DNA of 58,217 bases, taken from Octopus sinensis. Taxonomy: Eukaryota. The stretch lies in assembly GCF_006345805.1 (NCBI RefSeq), contig NW_021833111.1:1-58217 (forward strand). The letters are read 5' to 3'. Below are positions 51,487 through 58,217 of the stretch, one piece after another (the stretch's first letter is position 1; the number at the start of each line of letters is the position of its first letter). The position numbers were made by a program, and so were the translations under genes. The notes beneath the pieces are model-generated. The model had not been told where the DNA came from and did not search any database. It saw only the letters and a program-made list of their open reading frames with translations.

Positions 51487-52289
51487 GTGTGTGTGTGTGT
51501 GTGTGTGTGAACGTTTTTGAAAACTGAAAGAAAATCATTTCTACAAGGTGAAATAATTCAGCAAGATCAATCATACTTTACACCACCACTACAACCACCA
51601 CCACCACCACCATCACTAGTACAACCATCAGCACTACCACCACCACCACCACCACCACCACCACCATCACTACAACCACCACCACAACCATCAATACAAC
51701 CACCACCACCACCATAAACACTACCACCACCACCACCACCATCAGCACTACCACCACCACCACCACCACCATCACTACAACCACCACCACAACCATCAAT
51801 ACAACCACCACCACCACCACCATAAACACTACCACCACCACCACCACCATCAGCACTACCACCACCACCACCACCACCATCACCATAAACAACAATAACC
51901 TCTCCACCACCACCACCACAGCCATCATCATAACGACGACCACCACCACTAAAACCACTACCATTCCTACCAGACCCTAGGATGTAATCCAAGTGTGATT
52001 TAGCTGCTGTTTCTATTTGGTGGTTATAGAGGGATTGTTGTTGTTTAACCACGAGTCAAACTTTGATTAGCTTGACCTCTGACCTACGACCTAAGACAAA
52101 AGAGCCTTCTAGCGATGACTGTCCTGTTTCATTTGCCTATTAAGGACCACATGGTCCAGTGTGAACCCTTCCCCTTTTTCTTTTTAAGGTGGCAGAGGTA
52201 ATAGCAGAGCAAATCTGGCTGCTATTTCTAGCACACTGAGTAACCACACAAAGGTTTCCTTTTTGTGGGTTTTAGTTTGTTGTCTGGGG

Positions 52290-52337
52290 TAGTTGTAGAA
52301 GTAGTGGTGGTAGTGGTAGTGATAGTAGTAATAGTAT

Positions 52338-52373
<36 letters not shown>

Positions 52374-52910
52374 CAGCAGTAGTAGTGGTGGTGGCGGTAG
52401 TAGTAGTAGTAGTAGTAGTAGTAGTAATAGTAGTTGTAGTGGTGTTAGTAACAGTCGTAGTAGTAGTAGTAGTATAATGGTAGTAATAGTAGTAGTAATA
52501 GTAGTAGTAATAGTAGTAGTAATAATAGTAGTAATAGTAGTAGTAATAGTAGTAGTAATAGTAGTAGTAATAGTAGTAGTAATAATAGTAGTAATAGCAG
52601 TAGTAGGAATAGTAGTAATAATAGTAGTAGTAATAATAGTAGTAGTAATAATAGTAGTAATAGCAGTAGTAGTAATAGTAGTAGTAATAGTAGTAGTAAT
52701 AATAGTAGTAATAGCAGTAGTAGTAATAGTAGTAGTAATAGTAGTAGTAATAATAGTAGTAATAGCAGTAGTAGTAATAGTAGTAGTAATAGTAGTAGTA
52801 ATAATAGTAGTAATAGCAGTAGTAGTAATAGTAGTAGTAATAGTAGTAGTAATAATAGTAGTAATAGCAGTAGTAGGAATAGTAGTAGTAATATTAGTAG
52901 TAATATGGCG
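52290..52910. repeat. (GTA/AAT) tract with 12-bp and longer higher-order units
   Basis: gtagtagtaata repeated with periodic aat/gca variants. Confidence 0.9.
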
Positions 52911-53544
52911 TTGGTCATAGTGGTAGCAATTGTACTGCAGGTAGTGGTGGTGGTGTGGATGGTTGTACTGGTAGCTGCGATGCTGGTGGGGGTGGGCGGG
53001 TGGTGGAGGTGGTAGTACTAGTGGTGATGGCAGTGATAACAATAGTAGTAGTGGTAGTAGTAGTAGTAGTAGTAGTATTAGGCTGAGCGATTTGTTTGAT
53101 CTGAAGGAAGGCATCAGATCTTCCACCTGCCTTTTTCCCCTTCCTCTTCCTCCTCCACCTCCTTCTCCTCTTCTGAATAAACCCAGGTATGGTTATCAGT
53201 CGCGGTTCGGCGATTGCGTATTTTGCAGAACGGCGATCGTCATAGAGTTTTGCGCTCACGAGCGTGCAACGCAACTTTGTCGACACCTGTTGTTGCTGTT
53301 GCTGCAAGTTACTGCAACACCGTTGATGCATCTTGCTGCGGCTGTCAATCGGTTGGTGTTGCACCGCTGCTACTAAATGAACCAATGCACCAGGGGTTTC
53401 GCTCTCTTCGGGGCAGTGAGTGGGGGTGGTGTTCGTGGGGTGGGGGTGGTGTTCGTGGGGTGGGGGTCGAGTGTTACCCAGCGGACTGGAGCATGTTGGG
53501 GGAGGGGGTATTCTAGGATAGCCATGTGTGAAAATGTCAGACAT

Positions 53545-54085
53545 AGGTGCAGTAGTGGCTGTGTGGTAAGTAGCTTGCTGACCAACCACATGGTTCCAGG
53601 TTCAGTCCCGCTGTGTGGCATCTTGGGCAAGTGTCTTCTGCTATAGCCCCGGGCCAACCAATGCCTTGTGAGTGGATTTGGTAGACGGAAACTGAAAGAA
53701 GCCCGTTGTATATATGTATATATATAAGCATAGGCATGGCTATGTGATAAGTAGTTTGCTTACCAACCAGATGGTTCTGGGTTCAGTCCCGCTGCGTGGC
53801 ACCTTGGGCAAGTGTCTTCTACTATAACCTCGGGCTGACTAAAGCCTTGTGAGTGGATTTGGTAGATGGAAACTGAAAGAAGCCCATCATATTTATATAT
53901 ATGTGTGTGTGTGTGCGTAAGTTTATATGTCTGTGTTTGTCTCTCCAACATCATTGACAACCAATGCTGGTGTATTTACGTTCCTGTAGCTTAGCAGATC
54001 AGCAAAAGTGACCGATAGAATAAGTACTAGGCTTACAAAAGAGTAAGTCCCAGGGTTGATTTGTTCAACTAAAGGTGGTGCTCCA
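53545..54085 (+). mobile_element. SINE A head (53545-53710) followed by a second diverged SINE A
   Basis: Family match. Confidence 0.82.
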
Positions 54086-54420
54086 GATTTACTAGAAACA
54101 GCAGCCAAATCTTTCTCAAAACCCACACACCAGTCTGTTGATATACACTGTAATATTTCGTTTACATTTTATCTGTTTTTCCATGCTAGTATGAGTTAGA
54201 TCAGGGCATCTCAGCCATTTCTTTTTAATCTATGGACCCCTTTGATTACTATTTTATTCAGGTTGACCCCCATAGCCATTCGACATTTAAAAACTAGTTT
54301 TATAGAAACTTCTTTTAAAATTCCATTTCTTTTTTCTTTTTTTCATATATTCCCTTGTGCTGTTTGAATTATGTAAAATGTTAGAGAAAGGAACCCAGCT
54401 GTTTCTTGCAATGCAGACCA

Positions 54421-54464
<44 letters not shown>

Positions 54465-54466
54465 AT

Positions 54467-54501
54467 GTTTCCGACAAAGAGCTCCGCTCGAAACATCAAA
54501 C
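54467..54501 (+). ncRNA. Decayed minimal hammerhead motif
   Basis: GUUU-CCGACAA-A-GAGC-UCC-GCUC-GAAAC-AUC-AAAC; stems I and II intact, three core substitutions. Confidence 0.5.
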
Positions 54502-54649
54502 CCTCCTTCTTCCCTTCTTTCCTGAGTGTCCAATAATACTTTATTTGTTCCACGTCCTTGCGTTGTTGTTATTTTGATTTTGTTTTCTTGTTTGGATTAA
54601 CTTTATATATATATATATATATTGTTATACATTATATATATATATATAT

Positions 54650-55039
54650 CTCTTACTCTTTTACTCTTTTACTTGTTTCAGTCATTTGACTGCGGCCATG
54701 CTGGAGCATCGCCTTTTAATCGAGCAAATCAACCCCGGGACTTATTCTTTTGTAAGCCCAGTACTTATTCTATCGGTCTCTTTTGCCGAACCGCTAAGTA
54801 ACGGGGACATAAACAAACCAGCATCGGTTGTCAAGCAATGCTAGTGGGACAAACACACGCACACATATATATATATACACATATATACGACGGGCTTCTT
54901 TCAGTTTCTGTCTACCAAATCCACTCACAAGGCTTTGGTCAGCCCGAGGCTATAGTAGAAGACACTTGCCCAAGGTGCCACGCAGTGGGACTGAACCCGG
55001 AAGCATGTGGTTGGTAAACAAGCTACTTACCACACAGCC

Positions 55040-55040
<1 letters not shown>
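54650..55040 (-). mobile_element. SINE family A
   Basis: Full length, (TA)n on both sides. Confidence 0.88.
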
Positions 55041-55098
<58 letters not shown>

Positions 55099-55319
55099 CC
55101 CACATTTTATCACAGCTTTTTTATATAAAATGTTATAGTTTGAACAATTGTACTAAATTACCGGATCCATTCTTGTTGCGTATTTTTGATTATAATCACC
55201 CAGCATATTTTTATGGATAACACCATAAAAAATTCTGGTGGCATCTAAATAAGTACCATATTCATTTGAATCTAAATTGTTTGCTGAATTTATATATATA
55301 TATATATATATATATTGTT

Positions 55320-55354
<35 letters not shown>

Positions 55355-55401
55355 TAAATGAAAGAATGGAGTCGAACGAAGATGTTAACAAAATTCCTTT
55401 A

Positions 55402-55481
55402 CTCTCGACACGTTTCGAAGACAGCATATTTTCATTCTGAAGGAATAAAGGGTGCATTATGCAATCTTCTCATCAGGAAAG
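55402..55481 (-). ncRNA. Type I hammerhead ribozyme with complete catalytic core
   Basis: CUUUC-CUGAUGA-GAAGAU-U-GCAUA-(29 nt)-UAUGC-U-GUCUUC-GAAAC-GU-GUC/GAGAG; stem I CUUUC/GAGAG, 11-bp stem II with one U-U mismatch, GUC cleavage triplet. Confidence 0.82.
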
Positions 55482-55642
55482 AAAAGGAGCCTCTCTCGAC
55501 AACAAGACAAACAAAAATTTCGATGATTGCCTACATGGTAACCAAAGCTTCAACCGTGTTTTCTGAACTGAATTTGCTACCCAGGTTTCGGTTAAACGAA
55601 TTTTCCATGCTGACAATAAACATAGGATAATTCATTCACCTA

Positions 55643-55691
<49 letters not shown>

Positions 55692-56019
55692 TATACAGTG
55701 TATATATTGTTATATATTAGATTCATATCAGACATTATTGTAATGATTTTAATGTGTCGAAAGGAGAAGGGCGGTAAAATTTGGTAATAATGATAAAATG
55801 GAAATAGGGCATGGATGGAAAGGGTGATGGTGGTGGTAGCAGTATTGGTGGTCGTGGCGTTGGGGTGATAGTTTTGGCAATGGTGGGGTTTGTAATGATG
55901 GTGGTAGTGGTGGTGGTGGTTGTGTTAGGTGTGGTGTCATTGTTGTCGGTGGTGGTGGTGGTGGTGGTGGTTGCGGCGACGTGGTGGTGGTGATGTACAA
56001 GTGCGATTATTTGATTTTT

Positions 56020-56065
56020 ACAGAATTATCTCCATCCTGCAGGAACGATTTTCCCCTTCACTTTT

Positions 56066-56101
<36 letters not shown>

Positions 56102-57110
56102 ACACACACACACACATACACACACACACGGAGATACACACATACACACACATATACATGCACACATACACACACACATACACGCACACATACACACACA
56201 CACATACACACACATACACACACACATACACGCACACATACACGCACACATACACACACACACACATACACACACATACACACACATACACACAGATACA
56301 CACACACACAGATACACACACACATACACACATTTACACCAACACACACACACACAAGCACCTACCCACCCCCACACACTATAAATATGTGTGTGTGTGT
56401 GTGTGTGTGTGTAATAGACAGAGGGAGGGAGGGAGAAGGGGGTGCTGGAAGCAAAAGCCATTACTGTAGGTAGATATATTCATTTCGATATATTGAAGTG
56501 TCGCCACAATTATGGGCTTCCTGCCTTAAATGTAATACCACCATTGAAGTCAGCATCACCACCACCACCCACCACCACCCATCACCACAACCACCATCAT
56601 CATCACCGCCATCATATTCACTGCCATCATCATCATCATCATCATTAACATCACCATCATTGTCGTTCTTGACCTCGACTTTCTTACCACCACCACCACG
56701 ACCACCATCATCATCATCTTATTATCATCATCACCATCACCACCATCATCATCATCATCTTATTATCATCATCATCACCATCATCACCATCACCACCACC
56801 ACCACCATCATCATCATCATCTTATTATCATCATCACCATCACCACCACTATCATCATCATCATCATCTTATTATCATCATCACCATCACCACCACCATC
56901 ATCATCATCATCTTATTATCATCATCACCATCACCACCACCATCATCATCATCTTATTATCATCACCATCACTTTCACTGCCATCATCATCATCATCATT
57001 AACATCACCATCATTGTCGTTCTTGATCTCAACTTCCTTACCACGACCACCACCACCACCACCACCGAACACAGGTAACCCCCATCGTTACTATTGCCAT
57101 TATGACAATG
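56020..57110. repeat. CA-rich tract followed by (CAT/CAC)n tract
   Basis: Direct reading. Confidence 0.9.
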
Positions 57111-57359
57111 ATTAAGCTAATCAAAAGCGCCAATTATGTTGTTGATGAATGTGTCATGTAACAGAGTAACGATTACATTCGTGATGCTGATGCTGATGAT
57201 GATGGTGGTGGTGGTGATGCTGATGATGGTAACACAAATGGGTGTATAGCTATTGATGTTAATATACGTGTAATTACTGGTACAGTATGGGTTGGTGTAG
57301 AGTGGTTGACGGAGTGTGGTGGGTGTAGTATGGGTCTGCATTCTTCCTCTATGCCTTGA

Positions 57360-57860
57360 GGCACAGGGCCTGAAATTTTTGGTGGGAGAGGCCTAGTCGA
57401 TTACATTGGCACCCAGTGCGTAACTGGTACTTAATTTACCGACCCCCGAAAGGATGAAAGGCAAAGTTGATCTTGGCGGAATTTGAACTCAATCAACATA
57501 AGGACGGCCCCTTCATAATAATAATGATGATGGTGATGATGAGGGTGATGATGATAGTGATGATGATGATGAGGGTGATGATGATAGTGATGATGATGAT
57601 GAGGGTGATGATGATGGTGGTGGTGATGATGGCGATAGTGATGATGATGGTGAATACGATGATGATGATGATGATGCTGCTGCTGATGATGATATGTTAA
57701 TGATGGTGATGTTGATGAGGATGATGATGAGGATGATGATGATGTTGATGATGGTGATGATGATGATGACAGTGATGATGATGATGTGGTGGTGGTCGTG
57801 ATGATGATGATGATGATGGTGATGGCGGAATTTGAACTCAGAACGTAGCCACAGCCCCTA
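57360..57860 (-). mobile_element. SINE B variant split by a TSD-flanked microsatellite insert (57492-57822)
   Basis: tggcggaatttgaactca at 57474-57491 and 57823-57840; SINE sequence resumes with gaacgtag. Confidence 0.8.
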
Positions 57861-58217
57861 CATAATAACAATGAAGATGGCGATGATTATGGTGATGATG
57901 ACGGCGATGATGATGATGATGATGATGATGACGATGGTGATTTTGCTTATCTTCCATGGGAACATCATCGGATGAAAGGGATATTACAAGCACAGTTTCT
58001 AATTTGTGTGGGAGTTTGCATAAAAGACGAACCGGTGGAGGAGAAAGGGCGAGAAACGGGGAAGGGACGAGATGAAAATATACACGGCACACAAAACATG
58101 TGGACACAAGGGAGGATGCAGGGCTTCTACTGGGATTTTCATTGTCAAAGAAACGGTATATAGGAGACATCTTAATCCCAATGGAAAGCCACGTCTTTCT
58201 GTGTCTCGAAGAGAATC

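Noticed and set aside
52915-53589. 224-aa minus-strand ORF with a poly-Q stretch
   Set aside because: Starts inside SINE A and ends in microsatellite; no recognisable domain.

Overview
Eukaryotic, almost entirely repetitive 58 kb window with no host protein-coding gene that I can support. The repeat families look like those of octopus (coleoid cephalopod); this is recognition from memory, not a database result. It contains about 20 copies of a tRNA-headed SINE (family A), two further tRNA-headed SINE families (B, C), 3' ends of RTE, CR1 and R4/Dong-like LINEs, two Penelope-like element (PLE) remnants, a decayed DD34D mariner, a DD37D (maT-type) fragment, three TTAA-flanked piggyBac-type MITEs, and many micro-, mini- and higher-order satellites. 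Nearly all ORFs in the supplied track are translations of microsatellites or SINEs. The most interesting signals are RNA-structural. (1) There are five minimal type I hammerhead ribozyme motifs, intact, partial or decayed, from three sequence families; the one at 55402-55481 has a complete core. (2) One PLE 3' region carries a tRNA-like Pol III promoter followed by a hammerhead, with no T4 terminator between them. (3) Three near-perfect 134-144 bp foldback elements with a shared unpaired tail sit inside (TA)n tracts. Also notable are a 7-fold tandem amplification of a CR1 3' end, a SINE trimer inside a single target-site duplication (TSD), and a microsatellite tract flanked by an 18-bp direct repeat as if it had been inserted as one unit.
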